Position numbers and translations under genes: made by a program. A stretch of DNA of 64,000 nucleotides, taken from NCBI GenBank assembly GCA_963733995.1, contig CAVTFO010000008.1, forward strand, positions 48,900-112,899, in the 5' to 3' direction. Below, piece after piece: positions 10,967 to 21,647 of the stretch. The stretch comes from an uncultured Thermoleophilia bacterium (GTDB taxonomy: Bacteria > Actinomycetota > Thermoleophilia > Gaiellales > Gaiellaceae). A model generated the notes under the pieces. That model worked only from the letters and a program-made list of their open reading frames with translations. It did not search any database and was not told the DNA's origin. Position 1 is the stretch's first letter; the number at the start of each line of letters is the position of its first letter.

Positions 10967-11525
10967 GTGACGGCGGGCGGCCGCGAGCTCCGGCTGCTCG
11001 TCCCGCCCGACGCCGAGGCCCTCCTCGACGAGGAGGCCTTCGAGCACGAGGAGTTCCTGCCGTACTGGGCCGAGCTGTGGCCGAGCGGCGTCGCGCTCGC
11101 CGATGCCCTGGCCGGGCGGAACGTGCGCGGCCGCCGCGTGCTCGAGCTCGGCTGCGGGCTGGCGCTTCCCGGCCTCACGGCGGCGCTCGCCGGCGCGACC
11201 GTGCTCGCGACGGACTGGTCGCCCGACGCGATCGGGCTCCTGCGCGCCAACGCCGAGCGGAACGGCGCGGCGCTCGAGGCAGCCGTCTCCTCGTGGACCG
11301 ACCCGCGCGCCGAGCTCAGCGGCGCGCCGTGGGACCTCGTCCTCGCCGCCGACGTCCTCTACGAGCGCCGGAACGGCGACCTGCTGCTCGAGCTGCTGCC
11401 GCGGCTCACGCGCGAGGTGCTGCTCGCCGACCCGGGACGGCCGCACCTCGCAGGGCTTCCTCGACCGCGCCGCCGCCGACTGGGCCGTGGAGCGGAACGG
11501 CACCGTGTACTGCCTCTCGCGCTGA
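10967..11525 (+). CDS. class I SAM-dependent methyltransferase (lysine-methyltransferase-like; needs 1 frame correction)
   Basis: GTG 10967 in the ORF 10073..11539 frame: EEFLPYWAELWPSGVALADAL, SAM motif VLELGCGLALPGLTAALAGATVLATD, DLVLAADVLYE. The C-terminus is in the ORF 11103..11525 frame (GFLDRAAADWAVERNGTVYCLSR). Break near 11450. Confidence 0.6.
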
Positions 11526-11570
11526 GGACGCGCCGTTAGATTCCGCCGCGTCCCCGAGCGAGGAGGCCGC

Positions 11571-13016
11571 ATGACCGAGACCCTCGTCCCCGATCCCCGC
11601 CGCTGGCGCGCGCTCGCGCTCGTCTGCGTCGCGTTCTTCATGGTCGTCCTCGACGTCTCGATCGTGAACGTGGCCCTGCCCTCCATCGCGACCGATCTCG
11701 AGCTCTCGCAGAGCACGCTCCAGTGGATCGTCACGGCGTACTCGCTCGCGTTCGGCGGGTTCCTGCTGCTCGGCGGACGGGCGGCCGACGTGTTCGGCCG
11801 CCGCCGCGTGTTCATGCTCGGAATGGCGCTGTTCACGTTCGCATCGCTCATGTGCGGATTCGCGGATAGCGGCGCGTGGCTGATCGCCTTCCGCGCCGTC
11901 GCAGGCCTCGGCGGCGCGATCGTCTCGCCCGCGACCCTCTCGATCATCAATGCGGCCTTCCGCCACGGCGGCGCGGAGCGGAACAAGGCGTTCGGGATCT
12001 GGGGCGCGATCGCGGGGAGCGGCGCCGCGGCCGGCGTCCTCCTCGGCGGCGTCCTCACGGAGTACCTCGGCTGGGAGTGGATCTTCTTCGTGAACGTGCC
12101 CGTGGGCATCACGGTCATCGCGCTGACGCCGTGGCTCGTCTCGGAGGGCCGCGCCGAGGACGTCGACCCGCACACCGACCCGTTCGCCGCGATCCTCGCC
12201 ACCGCCGGCCTCGTCTCGTTCGTCTACGCCATGTCCAAGGCGCCCGAAGCGGGCTGGCTCTCGCTGCAGACGATCGGGCTCACCATCCTCGCCGTCCTCC
12301 TCATCACCGCCTTCTTCGTGAAGGAGGCGCGGACCGACTCGCCGCTCGTGCCGCTCGGGCTCTTCCGCGTGCGCCACGTGTTCGTCGCGAACACGGTCGG
12401 GTTCTGCCTCGGCGGGGCGATCTTCGGCGGCTTCTTCCTGCTCACGCTCTACATGCAGGGGGTGCTCGGCTACTCGGCGCTCGAGGCGGGGCTCGCCTTC
12501 CTCGCGACGGCGGGCACGACGATCCCCGCGGCCGGGATCGCCCAGGCGCTCATCACGCGCGTCGGCGTGAAGCCCGTGATGGTGGCCGGCCTCGCCTTCA
12601 TCACGTTCGCCTACGTCTGGTACACGCAACTCCCGCCCGACGGCACGTTCTGGCGCAATCTCTTCATCCCGTACTTCGTGAGCGGCTTCGGGCTCGCCTT
12701 CGTCTTCATCCCGGTCTCGCTCGCCGCGCTCGCGAACCTCGAGGAGCGGATCGCGGGCGTCGCGTCGGGGCTGCTCAACACGTCGCAGCAGATCGGCGGC
12801 GCGCTCGGCGTGGCGATCGCCTCGACGATCGCGACCCAGCACACCAAGACGCTCCTCGGCGAGGGCGAGGACCGCGCTGCGGCCCTGACCGGCGGCTACA
12901 ACTGGGCGTTCTGGGTGGGCGCCACGTTCGCGTTCATCGGCCTGCTCGTGGCGGGCCTGATCCTGCGGCGCAGCGACGTGCCGGCGGCGTCGGAGGCGCC
13001 CGCGACGGCCGGCTGA
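11571..13016 (+). CDS. MFS transporter, DHA2 (EmrB/QacA, 14-TMS) family
   Basis: Intact 481-aa ORF. Reads FFMVVLDVSIVNVALPSI, GGRAADVFGRRRVF, WEWIFFVNVPVG, LNTSQQIGGALG, with many hydrophobic helices. Confidence 0.9.
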   Translation: MTETLVPDPRRWRALALVCVAFFMVVLDVSIVNVALPSIATDLELSQSTLQWIVTAYSLAFGGFLLLGGRAADVFGRRRVFMLGMALFTFASLMCGFADSGAWLIAFRAVAGLGGAIVSPATLSIINAAFRHGGAERNKAFGIWGAIAGSGAAAGVLLGGVLTEYLGWEWIFFVNVPVGITVIALTPWLVSEGRAEDVDPHTDPFAAILATAGLVSFVYAMSKAPEAGWLSLQTIGLTILAVLLITAFFVKEARTDSPLVPLGLFRVRHVFVANTVGFCLGGAIFGGFFLLTLYMQGVLGYSALEAGLAFLATAGTTIPAAGIAQALITRVGVKPVMVAGLAFITFAYVWYTQLPPDGTFWRNLFIPYFVSGFGLAFVFIPVSLAALANLEERIAGVASGLLNTSQQIGGALGVAIASTIATQHTKTLLGEGEDRAAALTGGYNWAFWVGATFAFIGLLVAGLILRRSDVPAASEAPATAG

Positions 13017-13017
13017 C

Positions 13018-13647
13018 TCACCATTCGTCCCAGTGCACCATCGTCTCGAGCGGGGCTCGGCGGCCCGGCTTGAAGTCGGTCCCGAGCGTGTACGCGACCG
13101 GGACGAGCGCCGCCTGCATCACCTCGTCGTACGGGATCCCGAGCAGCTCCGCCGCCTCGCGCTCGTGCTGCAGGTGGAACGTCGTCCACGACGTGCCGAG
13201 CCCGCGCGCACGGCACGCGAGCATGAACGACCACGTCGCCGGGACGATCGAGCCCCACGTCGACGCCTGCGAGGCGGCCGGCTTCCCGTCCGTCCGGCCC
13301 TCGACGCACGGGATCACGTGCACCGGCACCTCGCCGATGTGGTCGATCAGGTGCTCGACCGAGGCGAGGAGCCGCGCCGTGCTCCCGCTCGCCTCGGCCG
13401 ACCGGCGCGCGCCGAGGTACTTGCGGGCGACGTCGCTCCACAGCTCGCCGAGCGCCGCGCGCTTCGCCGCATCGGTGACGACGACGAAGTGCCAGTGCTG
13501 CCGGTAGCTCGCGGTCGGCGCCTGCTGCGCGAGCCGCAGGCACTCCTCGAGGACCTCACGCTCGACCGGCCGCGTCAGGTCGAGGCGGCGGCGGACGGCG
13601 CGCGTCGTCGAGAGCAGCTCGTCGGGCGTCAGCTCGGGGCCGCTCAT
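13018..13647 (-). CDS. nitroreductase family protein
   Basis: ATG 13647 within ORF 13018..14265(-): MSGPELTPDELLSTTRAVRRRLDLTRPVEREVLEECLRLAQQAPTASYRQHWHFVVV...GLGTSWTT. This is the typical nitroreductase fold signature. Confidence 0.75.
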   Translation of the reverse strand: MSGPELTPDELLSTTRAVRRRLDLTRPVEREVLEECLRLAQQAPTASYRQHWHFVVVTDAAKRAALGELWSDVARKYLGARRSAEASGSTARLLASVEHLIDHIGEVPVHVIPCVEGRTDGKPAASQASTWGSIVPATWSFMLACRARGLGTSWTTFHLQHEREAAELLGIPYDEVMQAALVPVAYTLGTDFKPGRRAPLETMVHWDEW

Positions 13648-15806
13648 GCGGGTACCGGGGTGGCCTCGTCGGGCTCGTGGCCCTCGACCTCGACGTGCGG
13701 CAGCCACTCGAGCCAGCCCGGTAGGTACCAGTTGCGCTCGCCGAGCAGGGTCATCGCCGCGGGGACGAGGATCGAGCGGACGATCGTCGCGTCGAGCAGC
13801 AGCGCGATCGCGACACCGAAGCCCATCTGCTGGAACATGACGAGGTCGCCCATCGCGAACCCGAGGAAGACGGCGACGATGATCAGCGCCGCGCCGGTGA
13901 TGATCCTGGCCGTGGCCGAGACGCCGAAGATGACCGCGTCGCGCGTGTCGCCGGTGTGCGAGTAGCGCTCGCGGATGCGGCTGAGCAGGAACACCTGATA
14001 GTCCATCGAGAGCCCGAACAGTACGGCGAAGAGGAAGAGCGGCACCCAGGCCTCGATCACGGAGACCTGCGTCAGCCCGAGCAGCCCCGCGCCGACGCCC
14101 TCCTGGAAGACGAGCACGAGGATGCCGTAGGCGGCGCCGACCGAGAGCAGGTTGAGGACGATCGCCGTCGCCGCCACGACGAGCGAGCGGAACGCGACGA
14201 CGAGGAGCAGGAAGCTGAGGCCGAGCACGAAGGTCGAGCACGATCGGCAGCCAGCGGTCCATCACGGCGAAGTAGTCGATGTTCTCCGCCGTCGTCCCGG
14301 AGACGAGCGCACGCGCGCCCGACGCCGTCGAACGCCGCCGGCACGAGCTCTTCCCGGAGCCGTTCGACCGCGGTCACGGCCCGGTCTGCGAGCGCGTCAC
14401 CCACGACCGGGACGGAGATCACCGCGAGCGGGCCGGCCGTTCCCTCGGTCACGGTGGCCGGGCCGAAGTCCGGGTCGTCCGCGAGCTCGCCGCGGAGCGT
14501 GGTGATCGCACGAGCGACCTGCGGGTCGGCGGGATCGCCGTCGACGACGATGAGCGCGGGGTCGGCCGTCGCCTGCGGGAACGACTCCTGCAGCGCCATG
14601 AAGCCCTGCTTCGACACGGCCGAGTCGGGGAGGGTCGAGATCCCGGCGCCGCCGATGTGCATGCGCAGCGCGGGGAGCGCGAGGAGCAGGAGCAGGACCA
14701 CGGCGCCCGCGAGGTAGAGCGCGGGCCGATCCGTCACCCGGTGCACGATCGAGGCCCAGACGCGGCTCTCGGTCTGCGCCTGGCTCGTCGCGCTGCGGCC
14801 GAGCACGGGCATGCGCAGCGCGTTCACGCGGTCGCCGAGGAGGCTGAGGATCGCCGGCAGCAGCGTCAGCGCCGCGACCACCGAGACGATCCCGACCAGG
14901 ATCGCGCCGGCGGCGAGGCTCCGCATGATGTTGCTCTGGACGAGCAGGAGGCCGACCATCGCGAGCACGAAGGCGCTGCCGCTGAAGAGCACGGCGCGGC
15001 TGGCCGTCGCGCCGGTCGCCTCGATCGCGGCCACCTTCTCGAGGCCGCGGCCGCGCTCCTCGCGGAAGCGTGAGACGACGAAGAGCGCGTAGTCGATCCC
15101 GAGCGCCAGGCCCATGCCGGTGAGCATGTTCGTCACGAACAGGGACAGGGTCCATTCCTGGCCGACGAGCGCGGTGAGGCCGAGCGCGACGGCGATCGAG
15201 ACGAGCGCGAGCAGCAGCGGCAGGAACGCCGAGACGAGCGCGCCGAAGACGAGGACGAGCACGAGCAGGGCGACGGGGAGGCCGAACTTCAGCTCGCCCT
15301 CCTGGAGGTCGCGCTCCGAGATCACGCCGAAGTCGTGGTCGAGCGTCGTCTCGCCGGTCACCGTCGCGGTGAAGCCGTCGCCGTTCGCCGCCTCCACGAC
15401 CTCGACGACCCGCTCGATCAGGTCATCGTCGGCGACGTTCAGCGGGACGAGGATCGCGTGCCGGTCGGCGGAGACGGCGTCCTCGCCGACGTTCGCGCGC
15501 GCCGATCGCGGCGCCGAGGTCGCCGGTGAGGGAGTCGAGGCGCGCCTGGAACGCGGCGTCGTCGGCGGTCGCCGAGTCGGAGCGGAGGACGACGAAGTCG
15601 TCGGGCCCGTCGGGGCGGCCGTAGCGCTGCCCCATCAGGTCGTACGCCTGCAGCGACTCCGGGTCGTTGGTGACGTAGCCGTCCGAGGTGAGGCCGTCGC
15701 CGAGGAAGCCGACGACGAGGACGACGGCGAGGACGATGGCCGCGATCCAGGCGATGACGACGCGCCAGGGATGGCGGGCGGCGGTGCGGGCGAGTGTCTG
15801 CGTCAC
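13644..15806 (-). CDS. MMPL family (RND superfamily) transporter (needs about 3 frame corrections)
   Basis: Three collinear ORFs. 15423..15842 (VTQTLARTAARHPWRVVIAWIAAIVLAVVL, GTG 15806 with GGGGAG SD). 14072..15397 (LGLALGIDYALFVVSRFREE). 13644..14228 (FGLSMDYQVFLLSRIRE...GERNWYLPGWL). These are the two MMPL repeats. Confidence 0.85.
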
Positions 15807-15829
15807 GGTGCTGCTCCCCGGTCTTGGGT

Positions 15830-15843
15830 AGTGACTTGTCACT
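15830..15843. promoter_or_regulatory. palindromic candidate operator upstream of the MMPL gene
   Basis: AGTGAC-TT-GTCACT has perfect 6-nt inverted arms. It lies 24 nt upstream of the MMPL GTG, in a locally AT-richer gap (15807-15903). Confidence 0.3.
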
Positions 15844-15903
15844 CACTTATTGCACACGCCGCCCTCGCGCGTCAAGTCGGCTCGCGCCCGACCCGGATCC
15901 GCC

Positions 15904-17294
15904 CTAGGCGGGCCGGATCGGATGGACGACGCGGAAGAGCTCGTCCGGGTCGACCGCGGCCTTCACGGCCCGCAGGCGCGCGACCGTGCCGGCGTCGTGG
16001 AGCTCGTCGTCGCCGACCGCGCGCTCCGTGAAGTTGAAGTACGTGCGCTCCGCCGTCCACGGCGCCATCGCCTCGAGCAGCCCGTCGACGTGGTCGTGGA
16101 CGGCCGCTGCGGCCTCGGGCGTCGGCGCCATGCCGACGGCGTAGAGGGCGTAGGCGCCGTCGAGCGCGGCCGCGGCGCCGTTGCCGGGCGCCCGCCGCGC
16201 GAGCGCGCCGCCGAGCTGGCGGAGCTCGACCGAGAGGAGCGGCGAGCCGGCGCCGACGCCGGCGGCGGCGACCATCGCCTCGACGGTCTCGTCGGTGACC
16301 TCGCGGAGCATCGTCCCGTCGCCCGCGCCCGGGACCGGCTGCGGCGGATCCATGTGCAGCGTCGTGATCGACGGCGCCGGGACGAGCGCGACCGTGTCCA
16401 TGGCCGGCTCGAGCGCGCGCATCGGGGCGACGAGCTCGGCGCCGTGGGCCTCGTCGCCGATGACGACGGCCTCGACGATCGCGAACGCCTTGCCGCGCAG
16501 CGGCTCCGGGACGGCCGGGAAGGGCGGGAACTGCATCACGCGACCGGCGGTCGTCACCTCGTCGGGGAGCGCGTCGGCCCAGGCGGCATAGGCCTTGAGC
16601 ACCTCGGTCGCGCGCTCGATCGGCCAGAACATCGCGCCGGCATAGACCTCGGCGATGGGGAGCAGCGCGAGCTCGATCGCGGTCACGATCCCGAAGCTGC
16701 CGCCGCCGCCGCGAACCGCCCAGAAGAGCTCCGGCTCGTTGTCGGCGTCGGCGCGCACGATCCGGCCGTCGGCGGTGACGAGCTCGACGGCGAGCACGCT
16801 GTTGGCGGACATCCCGTAGCGGCGCGCGTACCAGCCGATGCCGCCGCCGAGGCTGTAGCCGACGACGCCCACGTCGTGGGACGACCCGTGGAGCGCGGCG
16901 AGCCCGTGCTCGGCGGCGGCGTCGACGACCTCCTGCCAGATCACGCCGGCGCCGGCGCGCACGCGCGCGGCCCTCGCGTCGACCTCGACGCTCCGCATCC
17001 GCTCGGTCTTGAGCAGGATCGTCTCCGCGTCGAGCTGACCGAGGCCTGCGGCGTTGTGCCCGGTCCCCTGCGGCGCCACGCGGTAGCCGCGCAGCCGGCG
17101 CGAACGTCGACGACGGCGGCGACGTCCTCGGCCGACTCGGCGTAGACGACGACTCCGGGGCGCTGGTCGGCGGCGAGGTTCCAGGCCAGGCGGGCCTCGT
17201 CCCAGCCGGGGTCGCCCGGGAAGACGACGTCTCCGGCGACGCGGCAGCGGAGCTCGGCGGCGTCGAGATCGGGTGTCAGGGTCAGCGTGGTCAT
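15904..17294 (-). CDS. FAD-binding oxidoreductase (FAD_binding_4 / BBE-like; needs 1 frame correction)
   Basis: ATG 17294 (MTTLTLTPDLDAAELRCRVAGDVVFPGDPGWDEARLAWN, ORF 16941..17405). Break near 17100. Then ORF 15904..17526: VAPQGTGHN, HGSSHDVGVVGYSLGGGIGW, ELFWAVRGGGGSFGIVT, NFT...AVKAAVDPDELF. Confidence 0.85.
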
Positions 17295-17417
17295 GTGGGG
17301 GGTCTCCTCGGCAGGGAAGGTGTCGATGTCGTGGCTCGAGCATCGCCGCGCGGCGGCGCCGCCGGAATCCGGCCTTCCGGCCAACGCACGTGCGGCCTGC
17401 CGCACCCGGACGGGCGG

Positions 17418-19334
17418 TCAGCCCCGCGAGGGCGGCTCGGCCGCGAAGCTCGCGCGCACGCGCTCGACGAGCGCCTGCACCTCGGGATGCTCCTGCGACG
17501 ACCACTCGCCGAGCACCTCGGACCACCGCGCCTCCCGCGCGGCGGCGAGCCGCTCGGCCGCACGGTGGCCGGTCGCGTCAGCCCGCCGCCGTCGAGGAGC
17601 CCGACGCGCGCGGAGCTCGTCGAGCCCTTCGCGGGACGTCGGCGAGCCGCCCTCCCCCAGGCGCGCCAGCGACCAGAGCGCGGGCGGCGAGACGTCGAGC
17701 CCCGCCCTCGCGCCGAGCCGCTCGTACGCGCCCCACCGGTTCTGCCGCTCGGCGACGGACGTGAGCTGCCGCTCGAGCTCGCGGAAGGCGTCGTCGTCCC
17801 AGGCCGGCGCGAAGGCCTCGGCCTGGTGCTCGGCCGGGACCGACGCCCGCAGCGGCACCTCGCGGAGCAGCCACGTCAGCACGAACGCGACCGCGGAGAC
17901 GCCCGCCGCCGTGAGGAAGACCGGCTGGAGCGCGGCCGCGAAGGCGTCCACGTACGCCTGGTGCGCGGCGGCGCGGGCAGCTGCGCGACGGCCGCCGGGG
18001 TCGATCCCCTCCGGCGGCGGACGCGCCCGGCGGCAGCGAGCGCCGAGAGCTCCGACGGCGAGCCGGTTGGCGAAGATCGTCCCGAACAGCGCGACCCCGA
18101 TCGAGCCGCCGATCGAGCGGAAGAGGATCGAGCCGGACGTCGCGACGCCGAGCTGCGAGCACGTCGACGGCGTTCTGCACGGCGAGCACGAGCACCTGCA
18201 TCATCATCCCGAGCCCGAAGCCGACGCACGAGCATGTCGAGCGACGCGCGCGCCGCGCTCGTGTCCGCCTCGAGCCGGGCGAGCAGGAGCATCCCGACCG
18301 TGACGAGCGCCGTGCCGGCGATCGGGAACGGCCGGTAGCGCCCCAGCGGCTGATCACGTTCCCGCTCAGCACCGAGGTGACGAGGACGCCGGCCATCATC
18401 GGCGTCATGTGCAGGCCGGAGCTCGTCGGCGACAGGCCCTTCGTCACCTGGAGGTACAGCGGCAGGAACGTGACCGCGCCGAAGAGCCCGAGGCCGACGA
18501 CGAACCCGATCGCGCTCGCGACGGTGAAGATCCGGTTGCGGAACAGCGAGAGCGGGAGGATCGGCTCGGCCGCCCGCCGCTCCTGGCAGGACGAAGGCGA
18601 CGGTGAGCACGACGCCGGCCGTGAGGAGCGCCAGCGACGGTGGCCGAGCCCCAGGCGATCGTCGTGCCGCCGAGGCTCGTGAAGAGGACGATTCCGACGA
18701 CAGCGCCACCGGCGAGGAGTGCCGCGCCGAGGTAGTCGATGCGGTGCTCGACGTGCTCGCTGCGGACGTGGAACGCGACCGCGATCACCGCGAAGGCGGC
18801 CGCGCCGATCGGGAGGTTGACGTAGAAGATCCAGCGCCACGAGAGGTTGTCGACGAAGAAGCCGCCGAGCAGCGGCCCGATCACGGTCGAGACGCCGAAG
18901 ACCGCGCCGAACCAGCCCTGGTAGCGCCCGCGCTCGCGCGGCGGGATGAGGTCGCCGACGACCGCGAGGGTCGTCACCATCAGCCCGCCGCCGCCGAGCC
19001 CCTGCAGCGCGCGGAACGCGATCAGCTCGCCCATGTTCTGCGCGAGGCCGCAGAGCACCGAGCCGACGAGGAAGATCACGATCGCCACCTGCAGCACGAG
19101 CTTGCGGCCGTAGAGGTCGCCGAGCTTGCCGTAGAGCGGGCCGGAGACCGTCGCCGCGAGCAGGTACGCGGTCACGACCCACGAGAGGTGCTCGATGCCG
19201 CCGAGCTCGCCGACGATCGTCGGCAGCGCGGTCGAGACGATCGTCTGGTCGAGCGACGCGAGCAGCAGGACGAGCATGAGCGCGCCGAAGATCAGGCGGA
19301 CGCGCTGCGGCTGCTCGACGGTGGCCGTCGTCAC
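17418..19334 (-). CDS. MFS transporter, DHA2 family, with a soluble C-terminal extension (needs several frame corrections)
   Basis: ORF 18444..19334 reads [42 protein letters not shown]. It continues in the ORF 17578..19737 and 17876..18709 frames ([36 protein letters not shown]). It ends in ORF 17418..17951. Confidence 0.8.
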
Positions 19335-19386
19335 CCTCGCACTCTGCCGCGCGCGGCGGAATGTGCGCAGGCGGTAGGGTCGCGCG

Positions 19387-19602
19387 ATGCTCCTCCCCCT
19401 CGCCTACGAATTCGGGACGCTGCTGGCGGTTCCGGCCCTCGCCGCGTGGGCGATCGCATGGATCGTCGGCGCCGTCGACATCTTCCGCCGCCGCGACCTC
19501 GGGGTCGGCGGCAAGGTGCTCTGGCTCGTCGTCCTGCTCGTCCTCCCGATCGTCGGACTGCTCGTCTACTACCTGTTCGCGGCGGCGCGCCCGCGGCGCT
19601 GA
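19387..19602 (+). CDS. PLD-nuclease N-terminal (PLDc_N) domain small membrane protein
   Basis: Intact 71-aa ORF with two TM helices flanking [34 protein letters not shown], the characteristic PLDc_N pattern. Confidence 0.7.
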   Translation: MLLPLAYEFGTLLAVPALAAWAIAWIVGAVDIFRRRDLGVGGKVLWLVVLLVLPIVGLLVYYLFAAARPRR

Positions 19603-19730
19603 CGGAGGGTTCGGCTCCCGAGAAACGGGAAGTCGGGCTACAGTCCCCGCCGTACGGCAAGTCCAGAGCGAGTTCCGGAGTGCGTTCCGCCTTCCGACAC
19701 GTTCGTGAGCAGCACAGGGGAGGTGTTTCC

Positions 19731-19937
19731 ATGGCAACCGGAACCGTCAAATGGTTCAGCGATGAGAAGGGGTACGGCTTCATCACGCCCGACGAGGGCG
19801 GCAAGGACCTCTTCGTCCACTTCAGCGGCATCGCCGGCGACGGCTTCAAGTCCCTCACCGAGGGCGCGAAGGTCGAGTTCGATCCGACCGAGGGTCAGAA
19901 GGGCCCGCAGGCCGAGAACGTCGTCCTGATCGGCTAG
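19731..19937 (+). CDS. cspA: cold-shock protein (CspA family)
   Basis: ATG 19731 preceded by AGGGGAGG. Reads [34 protein letters not shown] (RNP1 KGYGFI, RNP2 FVHF). 68 aa. About 125 nt of leader follows the previous gene. Confidence 0.95.
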   Translation: MATGTVKWFSDEKGYGFITPDEGGKDLFVHFSGIAGDGFKSLTEGAKVEFDPTEGQKGPQAENVVLIG

Positions 19938-19947
19938 ACCGATCTTC

Positions 19948-19981
19948 GGGCGCGCCGGAGGCTTCGACCTCCGGCGCGCCC
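19948..19981. terminator. GC-rich hairpin between the convergent cspA and GNAT genes
   Basis: GGGCGCGCCGGAGG, loop CTTCGA, CCTCCGGCGCGCCC: a perfect 14-bp stem. It starts 11 nt after the cspA stop, and the GNAT stop codon (19990-19992) lies 9 nt beyond its 3' end. Only a weak T tract follows (ACCTCTTTC). Confidence 0.6.
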
Positions 19982-19989
19982 ACCTCTTT

Positions 19990-20502
19990 CTACGGATCGC
20001 TCGGGAGCCGTGACCAGATCTCGGTGTCCTGGCGCACGCCGTTCTTGAAGTACGTGGAGCGGAGCACGCCCTCGCGGAGGTAGCCGCAGCGCTCGGCGAC
20101 GCGCTGCGAGGCCGGGTTCTCGGCGGCGATCTTGAGCTCGATCCGCTCGGCGCCCAACTCCTGGAACGCCCAGTCGGTCAGGAGCCGGAGCGCCTCCGTG
20201 GCGATGCCGCGCCCGCGGGCCTTCGGGGCGACGAGGTAGCCGAGCTCGACCGTGCGGGCCTCGCGCTCGATCCGCGGCGCGAGCGCGAGCCCGAGCAGCG
20301 TCCCGTCCGCGTCGACCACGGCGAACCCTTCGCGCGTGCCGTCGCGCCGCCCCTCCTCGTACCGGTCGAGCCACCGTCGCGCGAAGCCGGCCTGCGGCGG
20401 GTCCGGGACGAACGTGTGCCGGCGGACGTCCGGGTCCTCGAGCATCGGCGCGAGCGCCTCCAGGTGCTCGGGGCCGAACGGGACGAGGGCGATCGCGGTC
20501 AC
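19990..20502 (-). CDS. GNAT family N-acetyltransferase (RimJ/RimL-like)
   Basis: Intact 170-aa ORF. Reads LGYLVAPKARGRGIATEALRLLTDWAF, ERIELKIAAENPASQRVAERCGY. Confidence 0.85.
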   Translation of the reverse strand: MTAIALVPFGPEHLEALAPMLEDPDVRRHTFVPDPPQAGFARRWLDRYEEGRRDGTREGFAVVDADGTLLGLALAPRIEREARTVELGYLVAPKARGRGIATEALRLLTDWAFQELGAERIELKIAAENPASQRVAERCGYLREGVLRSTYFKNGVRQDTEIWSRLPSDP

Positions 20503-20524
20503 GGCCCGAGGATAGGCTCGCGCG

Positions 20525-21277
20525 ATGCTGCGCCGGATCGAGGCGACGCGGTACGTGACGCCGCTGCGCGAGGGCGGCTCGCTCCCCGCGCTCGTCGAGG
20601 CCGACGACGACGGGCTCTACGTGCTCAAGTTCCGCGGGGCCGGCCAGGGTCGGAAGGCGCTCGTGGCCGAGGTGGTCGCCGGCGAGCTGGCGCGGGCGCT
20701 CGGCTTCCTCGTCCCGGAGCTGACGCTCGTCGAGCTCGACCCGACGCTCGGCCGCGCCGAGCCGGACCCGGAGATCCAGGACCTGCTGCTCGGCTCCGCG
20801 GGCCTCAACCTCGGCGTCGACTTCCTGCCGGGCGCGCTCCCGTTCGACCCGGCGGCGGAGCCCGCGGTCGAGCCGGAGCTCGCGGCCGGGCTCGTGTGGC
20901 TCGACGCGCTCGTGACGAACCCGGACCGCACGGCGCGGAACGCGAACCTGCTCTGGTGGCACGGCCGGCTCCACCCCATCGACCACGGCGCCGCGCTCTT
21001 CTTCCACCACGCGCCGGAGCCCGTGCCCGGCCACGCCCGGCGGCCGTTCGAGCAGATCGCCGAGCACGTGCTGCTCCCCTACGCCGCCTCGGTCGCGGAG
21101 GCCGACGCCCGGCTCGCGCCGCAGGTCACGCGCGGGCTGCTCGAGGGAGTCGTGGCGAGGGTGCCCGACGTCTGGCTCGACGGCGACGATCCGGACGTGT
21201 ACGTCGAGTACCTCGCCGAGCGGCTCGAGGAGCCGCGCGCCTGGGTCGACGCGGCGGAGGCGGCGCGTGGGCGGTAG
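20525..21277 (+). CDS. HipA-like kinase-fold protein (C-terminal kinase core only)
   Basis: Intact 250-aa ORF. Reads GGSLPALVEADDDGLYVLKFRGAGQG and WLDALVTNPDRTARNANLLWWHGRLHPIDHGAALFFHH (catalytic-loop D....N followed by IDHG). The family assignment is from memory of HipA-like kinases. Confidence 0.55.
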   Translation: MLRRIEATRYVTPLREGGSLPALVEADDDGLYVLKFRGAGQGRKALVAEVVAGELARALGFLVPELTLVELDPTLGRAEPDPEIQDLLLGSAGLNLGVDFLPGALPFDPAAEPAVEPELAAGLVWLDALVTNPDRTARNANLLWWHGRLHPIDHGAALFFHHAPEPVPGHARRPFEQIAEHVLLPYAASVAEADARLAPQVTRGLLEGVVARVPDVWLDGDDPDVYVEYLAERLEEPRAWVDAAEAARGR

Positions 21278-21647
21278 CCCGTTCTCGTACGCGATCCTCC
21301 GCGTCGTCCCGCGGGTCGAGCGCGGCGAGCGGATCAACGTCGGCGTCGTCGTCTTCTGCCGGCCGCTCGACTACCTCGGCGCGCGCACGCACCTCGACGC
21401 CGAGCGCCTGCGCGCGCTGGCGCCGGAGCTCGATCCCGAGGAGGTGCGCCCGCACCTGCTCGCGGTCGAGCGGATCGCGGCCGGCGACCCCGCTGCGGGC
21501 CCGATCGCGCGGCTCGACACGACCGAGCGCTTCCACTGGCTGACGGCGCCGTCGAGCACGGTGCTCCAGCCGTCGCAGGTGCACACCGGCCTCTGCGACG
21601 ACCCCGCCGCGCAGCTCGACCACCTCTTCGCCGAGCTCGTGGCCTAG
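21267..21647 (+). CDS. DUF3037-like small protein
   Basis: Intact 126-aa ORF that overlaps the upstream kinase-like gene by 11 nt. Its N-terminus, FSYAILRVVPRVERGERINVGVVVFC, matches my recollection of the DUF3037 signature. Confidence 0.55.
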   Translation: MGGSPFSYAILRVVPRVERGERINVGVVVFCRPLDYLGARTHLDAERLRALAPELDPEEVRPHLLAVERIAAGDPAAGPIARLDTTERFHWLTAPSSTVLQPSQVHTGLCDDPAAQLDHLFAELVA

